A stretch of 45,375 nt of DNA from a virus. Each line of letters starts with the position of its first letter. Within the stretch, counting starts at the first letter, position 1. The stretch covers positions 134,123-179,497 of the IMG/VR virus record IMGVR_UViG_3300002920_000062. One strand, written 5' to 3'. This document shows, one piece after another, positions 1 to 10,094 of this stretch. A model generated the notes under the pieces. The model ran no database searches, was not told where the DNA came from, and saw only the letters and a program-made list of their open reading frames with translations. Position numbers and translations under genes: made by a program.

Positions 1-2
1 AC

Positions 3-386
3 CTAGACCGTGTAAGCCACTGTATTGTTAGTATGGCAATGGATGGTTCAAACGGTGTTGGTAAATTGCAAATACTTCCCACTCCTATGGGGCAGCTAGT
101 AACAACTATGCTTGAATCAGGGGTGAAATTGGGAGTATCTAGTCGTGGATCGGGTAACGTAAACGACTTTGATGGTAAAGTCAGTGATTTTGAAATTATC
201 ACTGTTGATATCGTAGCCCAGCCAAGTGCTCCTCAAGCTTATCCCAAAGCTATTTATGAAGGTATCATGAATATGAAATACGGACATAAAGTTTTGGAAA
301 TTGCAAAAGAAGTGCAAGGCAACACCAGAGTACAAAGATTCCTGGGTGAGGAAGTAAAGCGCCTTATCCGAGAACTAAAATTATAA
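3..386 (+). CDS. Prohead maturation protease (T4 gp21-like), 5' truncated by window
   Basis: Frame is open from the window start: LDRVSH...TPMG...LGVSSRGSG...DIVAQPSAP are gp21-family motifs; lies directly upstream of scaffold and capsid genes. Confidence 0.92.
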   Translation, partial: LDRVSHCIVSMAMDGSNGVGKLQILPTPMGQLVTTMLESGVKLGVSSRGSGNVNDFDGKVSDFEIITVDIVAQPSAPQAYPKAIYEGIMNMKYGHKVLEIAKEVQGNTRVQRFLGEEVKRLIRELKL

Positions 387-401
387 AAAGGAATCACATC
401 A

Positions 402-1511
402 ATGTTAGACGTAGTAAAACCATTATTAGAAAGCGGTCTCATCAACGAGGATATCGGGCAACAGATTAATGAAGCCTGGGAATCCAAGTTAAATGAGGCT
501 CGTGAACAGATACGTGCTGAATTGCGTGAAGAATTTGCGCATCGTTACGAGCATGATAGAACTATCATGGTTGAGGCTCTTGACAAGATGATGACCGAGA
601 ACCTTCGTGAGGAAATTGAAGAATTTCACCGTGAAATCTCGGCCATGAATGAGGAAAGGGTTAAAGCACAAATTAAGCTACGCGAGAATGCAGCAAAATT
701 TAACGAGTTCATGGTAACTAAGCTTGCCGAAGAAATCAAAGAATTGCGTAATGATCGTAAAGCACAACTTGAAAACCAAAACAAGATGCAAAAGTTCATT
801 ATAAAGGCACTAGCTGACGAAATTACAGAGTTTGCGCAAGATAAACAGGCTGTAGTTGAAGCAAAGGTTAAGTTGGTTAGTGAAGGACAAAAGCAAATTG
901 ACAAGCTAAAGCAAAAGTTTATTTCTGAAAGTGCAGCAAGAGTCAAGGCTATTGTTAATAGACAACTTAAGAGTGAACTTAGGCAACTTAAAGAAGATAT
1001 TCAGGCTGCAAAAGAAAACAACTTCGGACGTAAGTTGTTTGAGGCATTTGCTAGTGAGTTCTCTGTTACTTATCTAAATGATAAGGCAGAAACACGCAAG
1101 TTGATGAAGCAACTTGCAGAAAAAGATCGTTTGATTCGAGAAGCTAGAGAAAAGGCCAATAAAGCCGTTAAGCTAGCTGAATCAAAGGAGCGTGAGGTCA
1201 GAATTATCAAAGAAACCGCAGAAAGAGAGCGAATAATGAATAGATTGTTAGCGCCTCTTAATGACGAAAAGAAAGAGGTAATGAAGACCTTACTTGAAAG
1301 TGTGCAAACACCACGTTTGCATACCGCGTTTGAAAAATATCTACCAGCAGTTCTCAACAGTGTTCAGGGACAGGGTGCCGTAACTAAGTCATCTACTAAG
1401 TCCATCATTGTTGAAGCTACTGGAGATAAAACTGCCAAAAAGCCGATTATTCAAGAAGACGTTATTGAAAAAGATAACGTAATCGACATTAAGCGTTTGG
1501 CAGGGCTTTAA
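402..1511 (+). CDS. Prohead core scaffolding protein (gp22-like)
   Basis: 369 aa, E/K-rich coiled-coil composition, between protease and major capsid genes. Confidence 0.8.
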   Translation: MLDVVKPLLESGLINEDIGQQINEAWESKLNEAREQIRAELREEFAHRYEHDRTIMVEALDKMMTENLREEIEEFHREISAMNEERVKAQIKLRENAAKFNEFMVTKLAEEIKELRNDRKAQLENQNKMQKFIIKALADEITEFAQDKQAVVEAKVKLVSEGQKQIDKLKQKFISESAARVKAIVNRQLKSELRQLKEDIQAAKENNFGRKLFEAFASEFSVTYLNDKAETRKLMKQLAEKDRLIREAREKANKAVKLAESKEREVRIIKETAERERIMNRLLAPLNDEKKEVMKTLLESVQTPRLHTAFEKYLPAVLNSVQGQGAVTKSSTKSIIVEATGDKTAKKPIIQEDVIEKDNVIDIKRLAGL

Positions 1512-1540
1512 TAAAAAGACATAATTAGGAGAATAATAAC

Positions 1541-2737
1541 ATGTCAAAATTACTTACAGAAAGCCGTTGGGGAGAAACTAAGGGAGCCCTGCTTGAAGGC
1601 TTAACCGGAAATCGTCGTCAAACGATGGACGTCGTGTTAGAGAATACCAGAAGGCAACTTCTAAAGGAATCTACCGCGGGCACAACTACTTCTGGAAACA
1701 TTGCAACTCTAAACAGAGTTATTCTTCCAGTTATTCGTCGTGTTATGCCAACTGTTATTGCTAACGAATTAGTCGGTGTGCAACCAATGACCGGACCAGT
1801 CGGTCAGATTCACACTCTTCGTGTTCGTTATGCAAACAGCTTGAATGATACCTCTGCCGCAAATACTGACATAATTGCTGGTGAAGAGGCGCTATCCCCA
1901 TTCAAGATTGCCCAGGCATATTCACGTACACCATTTGGTACTGACAATGCTTCATCTTATACTGCTGCTGATACTGCAACACTTGAGGGTAACCCAGGTA
2001 AGCAGATTTCAGTACAGATTCTACGTCAGACTGTTGAAGCCAAGCAACGTAAGCTACAGGCACGTTGGACCTTCGAAGCTGCACAGGATGCGCAGTCTCA
2101 GCATGGTATTGACATTGAAGCAGAAATTATGGCTGCTTTGGCTCAGGAAATTACTGCTGAAATTGACCAGGAAATCTTGTTGTCACTTTCAACTCTAGCT
2201 TCAACTGAGTTCACATACAACCAAGCAACTGTTTCAGGTACTGCTACTTACGTTGGTGACGAACACGCTGCCCTAGCTGTTCTTATTAACAGAGTTGCAA
2301 ACTTGATTGCTCAGCGCACTCGTCGTGGTGCAGGTAACTGGGCTGTTGTATCCAACGCAACTCTAACTGTTCTACAGTCAGCGACCACTTCAGCGTTCGC
2401 AAGAACCACTGAAGGGACCTTTGAAGCTCCAACAAACACTAAGTTTGTTGGTACTCTAAATAATTCAATGCGCGTATTTGTAAACAGCTATGCTCCTGAT
2501 AGTCAGCCTGTATTGGTTGGTTATAAGGGTCCAAGCGAAACTGATGCGGCTGCGTTCTATTGCCCTTACATTCCGCTAATGAGTTCAGGTGTTGTTATTG
2601 ATCCTCAGACCTTTGAGCCAGTAACAAGCTTTATGACTCGGTATGGTTACGTTGAATTGACGAACACTGCTTCGTCATTTGGTAACGCAGCGGACTACGT
2701 CGGGGAAATAGCTGTTGCTAATTTATCATTCCAGTAA
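1541..2737 (+). CDS. Major capsid protein (T4 gp23-like)
   Basis: Motifs VIRRVMP, GVQPMTGPVGQIHTLR, QDAQSQHGIDIEAE, FYCPYIPL, FMTRYG; AGGAG RBS; terminator follows. Confidence 0.97.
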   Translation: MSKLLTESRWGETKGALLEGLTGNRRQTMDVVLENTRRQLLKESTAGTTTSGNIATLNRVILPVIRRVMPTVIANELVGVQPMTGPVGQIHTLRVRYANSLNDTSAANTDIIAGEEALSPFKIAQAYSRTPFGTDNASSYTAADTATLEGNPGKQISVQILRQTVEAKQRKLQARWTFEAAQDAQSQHGIDIEAEIMAALAQEITAEIDQEILLSLSTLASTEFTYNQATVSGTATYVGDEHAALAVLINRVANLIAQRTRRGAGNWAVVSNATLTVLQSATTSAFARTTEGTFEAPTNTKFVGTLNNSMRVFVNSYAPDSQPVLVGYKGPSETDAAAFYCPYIPLMSSGVVIDPQTFEPVTSFMTRYGYVELTNTASSFGNAADYVGEIAVANLSFQ

Positions 2738-2773
2738 CTCTATCACAAAAAGCTTAGAAAATAAGCAAATTGG

Positions 2774-2800
2774 GAAAGGGGCTTTAAAGCCCCTTTCTTT
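2774..2800 (+). terminator. Intrinsic terminator after major capsid gene
   Basis: Perfect 24-bp palindrome GAAAGGGGCTTT/AAAGCCCCTTTC followed by T-rich tract. Confidence 0.85.
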
Positions 2801-2998
2801 ATATCTTAATGCATTTTCATGAAATAAATGCGGTGTTATTATTATCAAATAACACCGAGAAAACATAAGAAAAGCCCAACTAGACAGACGACCTAAGAGA
2901 TATACAGGCCTGCTACGGTTGAAAACATATCTTGTATGATATATGTCCAAGTTATCTACTGATTTAATTGATAAATACATTATAATAGGGTAATAGAT

Positions 2999-3541
2999 AT
3001 GGCATCTGAAAAATTTAATGTATTGAATGGAATTTCAGTAGGAATACCGCCAGTAAATGTAGTGGACAATACAGGAAATGTAGTGTCAAACTTTAACAAT
3101 CTATCCGGCAATGTTTCCGCTAATCGTATATTTGCCAATCAATATCTTTATGCTAACGGAGCACCATTAATAGGCGGCTCTAACAACACTTTGTTGTTTA
3201 ATAATAATGGCACTATTGGCGGCTCAGTAAACTTATCTTACGATATAGCTAATAATACTTTAAGAGTATCTAATCTTGCTACCACAGGAGTTACTAATTT
3301 GGGTTTAGTAACTAATGTTAAAATTAGCGGCGGAAACCCTAATCAATTATTGTCTACTGACGGAAATAGTAATTTAGTCTGGAAAAATAACACTACCTTA
3401 TATAACACTTCAGAATTACCTCCAGCGTCTTTATCACTTGGTGTATTAGCTTTTGTAACAGATGGTCCAAGACCTAACAGACCAATATTCAGTGATGGTG
3501 TAAACTGGCGATTTGTCAGTGACGACACAATATTAATTTAA
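2999..3541 (+). CDS. Putative virion fibre/decoration protein
   Basis: N/G/S/T-rich; motif LGLVTNVKISGG..QLLSTDGNSNLVW is shared with the tail fibre at 43211; TAAATA at 2972. Confidence 0.6.
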   Translation: MASEKFNVLNGISVGIPPVNVVDNTGNVVSNFNNLSGNVSANRIFANQYLYANGAPLIGGSNNTLLFNNNGTIGGSVNLSYDIANNTLRVSNLATTGVTNLGLVTNVKISGGNPNQLLSTDGNSNLVWKNNTTLYNTSELPPASLSLGVLAFVTDGPRPNRPIFSDGVNWRFVSDDTILI

Positions 3542-3589
3542 ATTCTCAAAGTATTCTATATTTTTCTAAATATCATCAAAAGATATTTT

Positions 3590-4156
3590 ATGTTACAACT
3601 TTGGCAATTTTGGGAAAAAGCACTTGACGATGTTACAGTCGACCGTATCATTGAACTGGGCGAAGCCTTTGCCCCAGTTGATGCAGGAATAGGTCTTGGT
3701 GGAGTTCAAAGCCCAGGATATCGAATTAGCGAGATTCGTTGGATTTCTATAAATGATAGTAGGGCAGCATTCTTAAAAGAAATTTTGTGGTATTATGCCA
3801 CAGAAGCAAACAAGAACGCATTTGGTTTTGACATTAACTATTTACCTGATGTTCAATACACCAAATACAAAGCAACAAACAATGGTAAGTATGACTGGCA
3901 TCATGATGTATTTTGGATTAATACAACTACGCAACATAGGAAGTTATCTGTTGTAATTCAGCTTTCAGATCCAAGCGAATATGAGGGTGGCAACTTTGAA
4001 TTTCACCCAGAGTACGACCAACTTCCTGCTGATAGAATAAGAGCAAAAGGGACAGTTATTGTATTCCCTTCGTTTTTGCATCATAGAGTTACGCAAGTAA
4101 CATCAGGTATTCGCAAGTCAGCCGTATGTTGGTTTGAAGGTCCTAAGTTCAGGTAA
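3590..4156 (+). CDS. 2OG-Fe(II) oxygenase (prolyl-4-hydroxylase/PKHD-like)
   Basis: YDWHHD (HxD), RKLSVVIQLS, YEGGNF, FPSFLHHRVT, G-x-R-K-S motifs. Confidence 0.92.
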   Translation: MLQLWQFWEKALDDVTVDRIIELGEAFAPVDAGIGLGGVQSPGYRISEIRWISINDSRAAFLKEILWYYATEANKNAFGFDINYLPDVQYTKYKATNNGKYDWHHDVFWINTTTQHRKLSVVIQLSDPSEYEGGNFEFHPEYDQLPADRIRAKGTVIVFPSFLHHRVTQVTSGIRKSAVCWFEGPKFR

Positions 4157-5447
4157 CTCGGTAGAAATAATAGTCACCGTCTACTCCAAGTGGACTCCCG
4201 CAGAACATTCCATCGGTCTTGAAACCCAACTTATTCATGTAGTCAATTACCTCTTCATGTCTAGGTGCCCCTATGTTATAGTTCTTGTGCTGTAACTCTA
4301 AGATAATATGGTTACAGTTTTTTATAGCATTTGTTGCCCCTTTAAGAATATTCAACTCGCTACCCTGAACATCCATTTTAATCATGTCAGGTAAAGGAAG
4401 GTTATACTGTGCAATCAAATCATCTACTGTGATAGTATATTTTTGTGTTTTGTTAGCTTCGGTAAATATCTCTGTGGCCCTAGGAGATAGCTTTGGGTTC
4501 TCTTTGAAGATAGAATTCCCACCCGGGTGTTCAAGATTTTGATTAAACTCAACTAGCTCACCACTAAGGTTTGATAAAACATATCCGCACACATATGGTA
4601 GAATATTGTTTTTTTCGTAAAACATACCTACTTCATGCATGGCTTCAAAAGGAATAATTTGTGCATCTGGCCATACTTTTTTGGCAGCATCATACCAGTG
4701 CAACACACAAGCCCCGATATCGTAGATTACTTTGGGATTAATTCCTTGACTTTTCAATTTAGCCAAGAATTTTTGATGGTCTTCTGGCACAGATACTTGA
4801 GTTCTAAGTTCATAAAATCTTTTTTGAACAGGATCTTCTTTGGCTTCTTGAACTTCTTTGGGAATTTCAACATACATAGTAGTAGAACCTATATGCCCAC
4901 ACATTACAGAACTATCACAGTAAATCTTGTACCCTTTGTTTCTGGCTTTGATGCAAAAATCATTGTCTTCACTTAAGGTGTGGGCAAAGTCCCGAGTTAC
5001 ATGATATTCAAACTGTGGATAGCCTATATCTGCCATCACCTCTTTTTGGACAAGAACGCACCCAAATCCGCACCCCCCGATTTCAATTAATCCCTTGTTA
5101 TATATGTCTTTTATATCCATTCTTTGTAAGTTCAAGTCATAAATTTCAATCTTATGAACAGGAAGTCTTTGTCTATAAACACCCGAGACGATAGGAACAT
5201 TATGAGATAACAGTTTTTTTAATGTATCAGGGGCAAAAGTGATATCATGATCAACTGCAAATAGATAGTCAAACCCTTTAATTGTCCAATCTGCTATCAA
5301 GTTTCTTACTTGATCAACTCTGTAACCGTAAAAATACTGGAAGGTAGTTTCGTAGCCTTCAGGAATCTCTAAGTCGTAAATTGACTTGAAGGTATCAGGC
5401 TCGATGTACCGAGCAGTTGGTATAGCAATTAGAACTTTCTTTTTCAT
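4149..5447 (-). CDS. GT-A glycosyltransferase fused to FkbM-family methyltransferase
   Basis: N-terminal FAVDHD (DxD), GCGFGCVLV, SEDNDFC; C-terminal IYDIGA and IKMDVQGSE (FkbM). Confidence 0.85.
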   Translation of the reverse strand: MKKKVLIAIPTARYIEPDTFKSIYDLEIPEGYETTFQYFYGYRVDQVRNLIADWTIKGFDYLFAVDHDITFAPDTLKKLLSHNVPIVSGVYRQRLPVHKIEIYDLNLQRMDIKDIYNKGLIEIGGCGFGCVLVQKEVMADIGYPQFEYHVTRDFAHTLSEDNDFCIKARNKGYKIYCDSSVMCGHIGSTTMYVEIPKEVQEAKEDPVQKRFYELRTQVSVPEDHQKFLAKLKSQGINPKVIYDIGACVLHWYDAAKKVWPDAQIIPFEAMHEVGMFYEKNNILPYVCGYVLSNLSGELVEFNQNLEHPGGNSIFKENPKLSPRATEIFTEANKTQKYTITVDDLIAQYNLPLPDMIKMDVQGSELNILKGATNAIKNCNHIILELQHKNYNIGAPRHEEVIDYMNKLGFKTDGMFCGSPLGVDGDYYFYRVT

Positions 5448-5517
5448 AAGGGTTTTTGGTTACAATATGGTTTCGGCAGATTAATACCTATACTATTTAA
5501 TTGTTTTTGAGTATTAT

Positions 5518-7614
5518 TCACAACGGTCTCAAATCATATTCTCCAGGTTTGAAAGGCGAGCGTGCTATAATCATGTTAGCGGTATTGTTTTGTTCTTCAG
5601 CATTTACTTTATAGTCATTGATAGGGTTAGTATCATTGTAATTATATACTACTTCGGGCACAGCTAACACTTTATTTGGGTCAGCTTGCTCTATTAGAGT
5701 ATAAAATATTGAAGTATCGCCGCCGGCCCTCAACCATTCATTATTGTCGTTTTTGAAGCTGTTGAAACCATGCTCATAAACATAATTATTTAGGAGCCTA
5801 GCATTAAAGGTTCGCAAATGTGTATATGGCATGAGCCAGTTGAACTTATATTTGCGGTAAGACTTGTTAGCTTTAACCTCAGGTGGATATTCTTGTGCTA
5901 TTAATGGGATATTGTCAGCCAAAGACCAACATGAACCATATGTAAACTCATACCCGTCATTGTAAATGTTGTTATATTTGTGGAAGATGTTGTTGTCATT
6001 GACCAACCAATCATCACCATCAAGCAGCATTACAATACCCTCGCATTTTAATGAAGTAGTCACTTGGTTATATACTGCACCTAAATTCATGTCATTTCTT
6101 TTCAGTATAAATTTTGACTGAAGTTCTTTAGGAAGAGTTTCAATAGTATTCTTTGCTACTGTATATGTGTTGTCAGTCGAACAATCATCTATGATAGTCA
6201 TTTCATAGTTATGATAGTCTTGCTGAGCAACTGACAAGATACACTTGTCAATATAGTTCTCAGCATTATATACTGGAGTTACTATGTTGATCTTGTTTTG
6301 CGGAAAAGTTTGTGGTTCAACATACTCACAGGGATTGATAATCCTACGATTATATATTTTCTTTACTTTATGATTGATGGTATTTACTTTTCTAAATTCA
6401 CCAACTGGTAAGAACTCTCCCAAAGTCTTGTAGAAGTGTTGCTTCCATTGCAAAGCTATAGTGTCCCACGTGCAGATATCTTTTATTTGGTTACATGCAT
6501 ACATTTTTTGCTGATGTAGATATGGATTATTGATAGCATCTATCGTCATGTTGACAAATAAGTCACGCTGTAAATCCTCATCCAACCAAGTGCAGGACCA
6601 AAGCTTTTTGATAGGATAATTCAGTTTGTATGACATTATATCAATTGCAATTTCCTCTAAAGCACCTGAACGACAAGTTATCGGGGTGACATTATGCGCC
6701 AATGCCTCTAATGTTGAGATACCAAATGTTTCGGGAAACAAGCTTGGATACAGCATGTAAGATGCTTTACGCAGTATTTCGGAAATTTCACTTTGACGAA
6801 TAATACCAGTAAAGTTGATATCAGGGTTGTTTTTGACTAATTCTCGCCATTCAAGCTCTTGTTGGTCAGGTTGCCAACCTTCTCTAAATCTGTAGTATCC
6901 GCCTATTACAATAAGTTTGGCTTCAGGGAATTTCTGTTTGATGATAGGCCAAATTTCAGTGACTAAAGGAACCATGCCCTTAGTTACTGAAGAGTTATAG
7001 ACAAATAGCATTGGGTCCTTTTCTTTGATATCAACAAAGGTTTCTGGCTTGATACCAATTCCGTTCCTAGTCTGAAAAATCTTTGGCTTTAGAATATCAA
7101 AGTTTCTCTTAGCACCATGATCGCAGGTAGAAACATATGAGGTATGCCAGTCTGATAATGTAAAGATTTCACTAATCCAACCGGCGTTTAGGAAATATTC
7201 GATATAAACGTCTCCGTCACAGAAGGTATCATGAAGGTATAAGATTTTATGTTTACTGTTTTGTTGAATGTTAGTGAAGTTAGGCAAACCCCCAATGAAA
7301 TTCTTAAACTCGCTAACCATATGAGAGGGGGCAAAGGAAGCAACTGACCTAGACCCTATCATTATATCATAATATTCAGTAGTAGTTTCGACTTCGTAGA
7401 GAGGTCTATACCAAACACCGTCATAAATTCCTGGTGTGCAATCGTCAGAGAAACAGTCATTGAAGACAGTTACCTCCATCCCCAACTTAACCAGCTCTCT
7501 AGAAATATATATTATAGCAGATTCTGAGCCACCCAGCCCTCTTTTAGTGAGGGTAGAACCGTCATACGATAACCCCAAAACGTCTATAAATGCTATTTTC
7601 ATATATATTCCCAA
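5518..7614 (-). CDS. Bifunctional glycosyltransferase (GT4-like GT-B plus GT2)
   Basis: GLGGSES, PSLFPETFGISTLEALA (GT4 EX7E); VTPVYNAENYI, IIDDCSTD, LLDGDDWL (GT2); start may be 7602. Confidence 0.9.
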   Translation of the reverse strand: MGIYMKIAFIDVLGLSYDGSTLTKRGLGGSESAIIYISRELVKLGMEVTVFNDCFSDDCTPGIYDGVWYRPLYEVETTTEYYDIMIGSRSVASFAPSHMVSEFKNFIGGLPNFTNIQQNSKHKILYLHDTFCDGDVYIEYFLNAGWISEIFTLSDWHTSYVSTCDHGAKRNFDILKPKIFQTRNGIGIKPETFVDIKEKDPMLFVYNSSVTKGMVPLVTEIWPIIKQKFPEAKLIVIGGYYRFREGWQPDQQELEWRELVKNNPDINFTGIIRQSEISEILRKASYMLYPSLFPETFGISTLEALAHNVTPITCRSGALEEIAIDIMSYKLNYPIKKLWSCTWLDEDLQRDLFVNMTIDAINNPYLHQQKMYACNQIKDICTWDTIALQWKQHFYKTLGEFLPVGEFRKVNTINHKVKKIYNRRIINPCEYVEPQTFPQNKINIVTPVYNAENYIDKCILSVAQQDYHNYEMTIIDDCSTDNTYTVAKNTIETLPKELQSKFILKRNDMNLGAVYNQVTTSLKCEGIVMLLDGDDWLVNDNNIFHKYNNIYNDGYEFTYGSCWSLADNIPLIAQEYPPEVKANKSYRKYKFNWLMPYTHLRTFNARLLNNYVYEHGFNSFKNDNNEWLRAGGDTSIFYTLIEQADPNKVLAVPEVVYNYNDTNPINDYKVNAEEQNNTANMIIARSPFKPGEYDLRPL

Positions 7615-7827
7615 GTGATAGATAAGTGTAAGTCACGAGGTTGTAATTTCACTTACTCTAAATGATATAAAAAGAAACGTCTACATGATTATTTATTTGT
7701 TATAGTAATACTTACAATAAAACTTGACTTACCAATAACATGGTAAAACACTGTAAAAATATTTCTTCTTGTCAAGATTTATTGGACACACTGACCCACA
7801 AAATAAATATAGCACAAGGAGGAAAAT

Positions 7828-7995
7828 ATGGAAGAAAAAACTAATACAGTTGAAACTGACACTGTAAAATTCGAATTAACAATTGAAGAAGCTAACATTA
7901 TACTAGCTGCTCTACAGGAACTTCCACACAAGTTGGTTAATAATATCATTCAAAAGATCATACAACAAGCAAATAACCAATTAATATCAGAGTAA
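7828..7995 (+). CDS. Small hypothetical protein (55 aa), not in ORF track
   Basis: AAGGAGG RBS; MEEKTNTVETDTVKFELTIEEANIILAALQELPHKLVNNIIQKIIQQANNQLISE; TAAATA at 7804. Confidence 0.8.
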   Translation: MEEKTNTVETDTVKFELTIEEANIILAALQELPHKLVNNIIQKIIQQANNQLISE

Positions 7996-7998
7996 AAT

Positions 7999-8448
7999 AT
8001 GGAATGTAAATTTGCTTATAATGACTACATAGAGCGATTACGTTCTTGGATCATGTTAAGGGAATCTATACAAAATAAAGATACCCAAACCATATGTAAA
8101 GAAGTCAACAACTATTGGATAAATCTTAAGACAGAGCGTTATTATCTTCATCCAATTGACATGGAAGATTGGCCCACACCTTGGGAACTAATATATGATA
8201 ACATCTATTGCGGGTATGCCAAAGCTTTAGGAATAATCTATACATTACTGTTATCGGGAATTCGAGACGTTGACTTGGTTGAAATAATGTACGATAATAA
8301 TGAAAACATACCAGTAGTCTTAGTAGATAATGCAAAATATGTGCTTAATTTGCAAGACTATGAACCAGTAAATAGTTTCTCATCAAACTTTACTATCATT
8401 AAGAAATATAACATAGACTTACTAAAGCAAAAGGCAGGAATCACATGA
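7999..8448 (+). CDS. Hypothetical protein, possibly transglutaminase-like (BTLCP-like) fold
   Basis: WPTPWELI...YCGYAKALGIIYTL resembles the WxTP...C...AxAK pattern; stop overlaps nrdA start. Confidence 0.5.
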   Translation: MECKFAYNDYIERLRSWIMLRESIQNKDTQTICKEVNNYWINLKTERYYLHPIDMEDWPTPWELIYDNIYCGYAKALGIIYTLLLSGIRDVDLVEIMYDNNENIPVVLVDNAKYVLNLQDYEPVNSFSSNFTIIKKYNIDLLKQKAGIT

Positions 8449-10094
8449 TCAACATCATAAAGCGTTCGGGAAAAAAGGAAAGTTTATCATTAGAAAAGTG
8501 GCAGCAACAAATCAATAAAATATGCAAAGGGGTAGCAGATGTTAGTCAGTCTATGATTGAAATTAAAGCCCGCCCGCAATTTTACGATGGAATGACTACC
8601 CAAGAAATTGATGAAATCACACTACGAGCTATTGTCGACTTGATTGACGTTGAACAAAATCCTGATGTTGGTCATTCAAACTACCAGTATGTTGCAGGTA
8701 AGCAACGGTTGTCTATGCTTAGAAAAGCAGTATACGGGCAATATGAACCGTGGCCACTATATGATATTGTAAAGAAGAATGTTGAAAGAGGGTTATATAC
8801 TCCTGAATTATTAGAATGGTATACCAAAGAAGAGTGGGACAAGATGGAAGAAATCATTGACCACTCTAAAGATGAACTTTACTCGTATGCCGCCATCGAA
8901 CAGCTAATAGAGAAGTATCTTGTAAAGAATCGTGTCACAAAACAGGTATATGAAACTCCGCAAGTAAGGTACATTGTTGCTGCCGCAACAGCTTTTCATA
9001 TGGAAAACACTGCAAATAGGATAAAATATATTAAGGAATACTATAATGCAGCAAGTGACGGGCACTTTACCTTAGCTACTCCTGTATTAGCTGGTCTAGG
9101 CACTCCCACAAAACAATTTAGTAGTTGTGTACTTATTCGTGTTGATGACGATTTAGATTCAATTTTTGCTGCTGGGGAAATGATGGCAAAATATGCCAGT
9201 AAACGTGCCGGTATAGGTTTAGAAGTCGGCAGAGTTCGCCCTGTGGGTTCTCCTATTCGCGGAGGTGAAATTATGCACACTGGTCTTGTTCCCTTCTTAA
9301 AAAAGTGGTATGCTGACTTACGTTCATGTTCACAGGGAGGTATTAGAAATGCATCAGCGACGGTATTTTATCCTATCTGGCATCTTCAGTTTGAAGATTT
9401 AATTGTTCTCAAGAACAATCAGGGAACAGAGGAAACTAGAGTTCGCCACTTAGACTATGGTATAATGCTCTCAGCATTTTTCCTACGTAGATTCAAGAAC
9501 AAACAAGATATTACTTTCTTTGACCCCAATGAAGTTCCTGACCTATATGAAGCCTTCTACAGTGACAGTGATAAGTTCGAAGAACTGTACATCAAGTATG
9601 AGAAACGCAAGGACATACGTAAGAAGGTAATGAGCGCAGATGATGTATTTCGTTACGGCATCTTCAAAGAAAGAACAGATACTGGTAGAATTTATCTAGC
9701 TTTTACTGATAACATTATGAAGCAGGGTCCGTTTGATCCAAAATATCACCCAATATACCAGAGCAATTTGTGCTGTGTAACTGGCGAAACACAGGTAACT
9801 TTCCTTCATGAAAACGGAAAAATAGAACAAATGTCTGTTGCTAGTGCAGTAGAAAGATTTGAACTTGGCGGACTCAGTAACTCTAAAATCAAAAGTTTTA
9901 AAAATGGTAAAGTTTCTTGGGAAAGCGTTTCCGCTGCTATCAAGACAAAAACAGTCACGGAACTATACGAAATTGAGGACGAACAGGGTAATGTGTTAAG
10001 ATGTACTGGTGATCATCTAGTTTTTACTAAAAACAGAGGTTACGTAAGAGCAGATGAATTAGTAGAAACTGACGAGTTATGTGTTGAAATTTGA
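8445..10094 (+). CDS. nrdA: Ribonucleotide reductase class Ia alpha, N-terminal fragment fused to split-intein IntN
   Basis: ATP-cone start MINIIKRSG; TPVLAG, FSSCVLI, SCSQGGIRNA; ends QSNLC followed by intein block A CVTGETQV. Confidence 0.95.
   Translation: MINIIKRSGKKESLSLEKWQQQINKICKGVADVSQSMIEIKARPQFYDGMTTQEIDEITLRAIVDLIDVEQNPDVGHSNYQYVAGKQRLSMLRKAVYGQYEPWPLYDIVKKNVERGLYTPELLEWYTKEEWDKMEEIIDHSKDELYSYAAIEQLIEKYLVKNRVTKQVYETPQVRYIVAAATAFHMENTANRIKYIKEYYNAASDGHFTLATPVLAGLGTPTKQFSSCVLIRVDDDLDSIFAAGEMMAKYASKRAGIGLEVGRVRPVGSPIRGGEIMHTGLVPFLKKWYADLRSCSQGGIRNASATVFYPIWHLQFEDLIVLKNNQGTEETRVRHLDYGIMLSAFFLRRFKNKQDITFFDPNEVPDLYEAFYSDSDKFEELYIKYEKRKDIRKKVMSADDVFRYGIFKERTDTGRIYLAFTDNIMKQGPFDPKYHPIYQSNLCCVTGETQVTFLHENGKIEQMSVASAVERFELGGLSNSKIKSFKNGKVSWESVSAAIKTKTVTELYEIEDEQGNVLRCTGDHLVFTKNRGYVRADELVETDELCVEI
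9774..10091 (+). mobile_element. Split intein N-fragment (106 aa) in NrdA
   Basis: CVTGETQV (block A), LRCTGDHLVF (block B TxxH), GYVRADEL, then stop. Confidence 0.93.
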
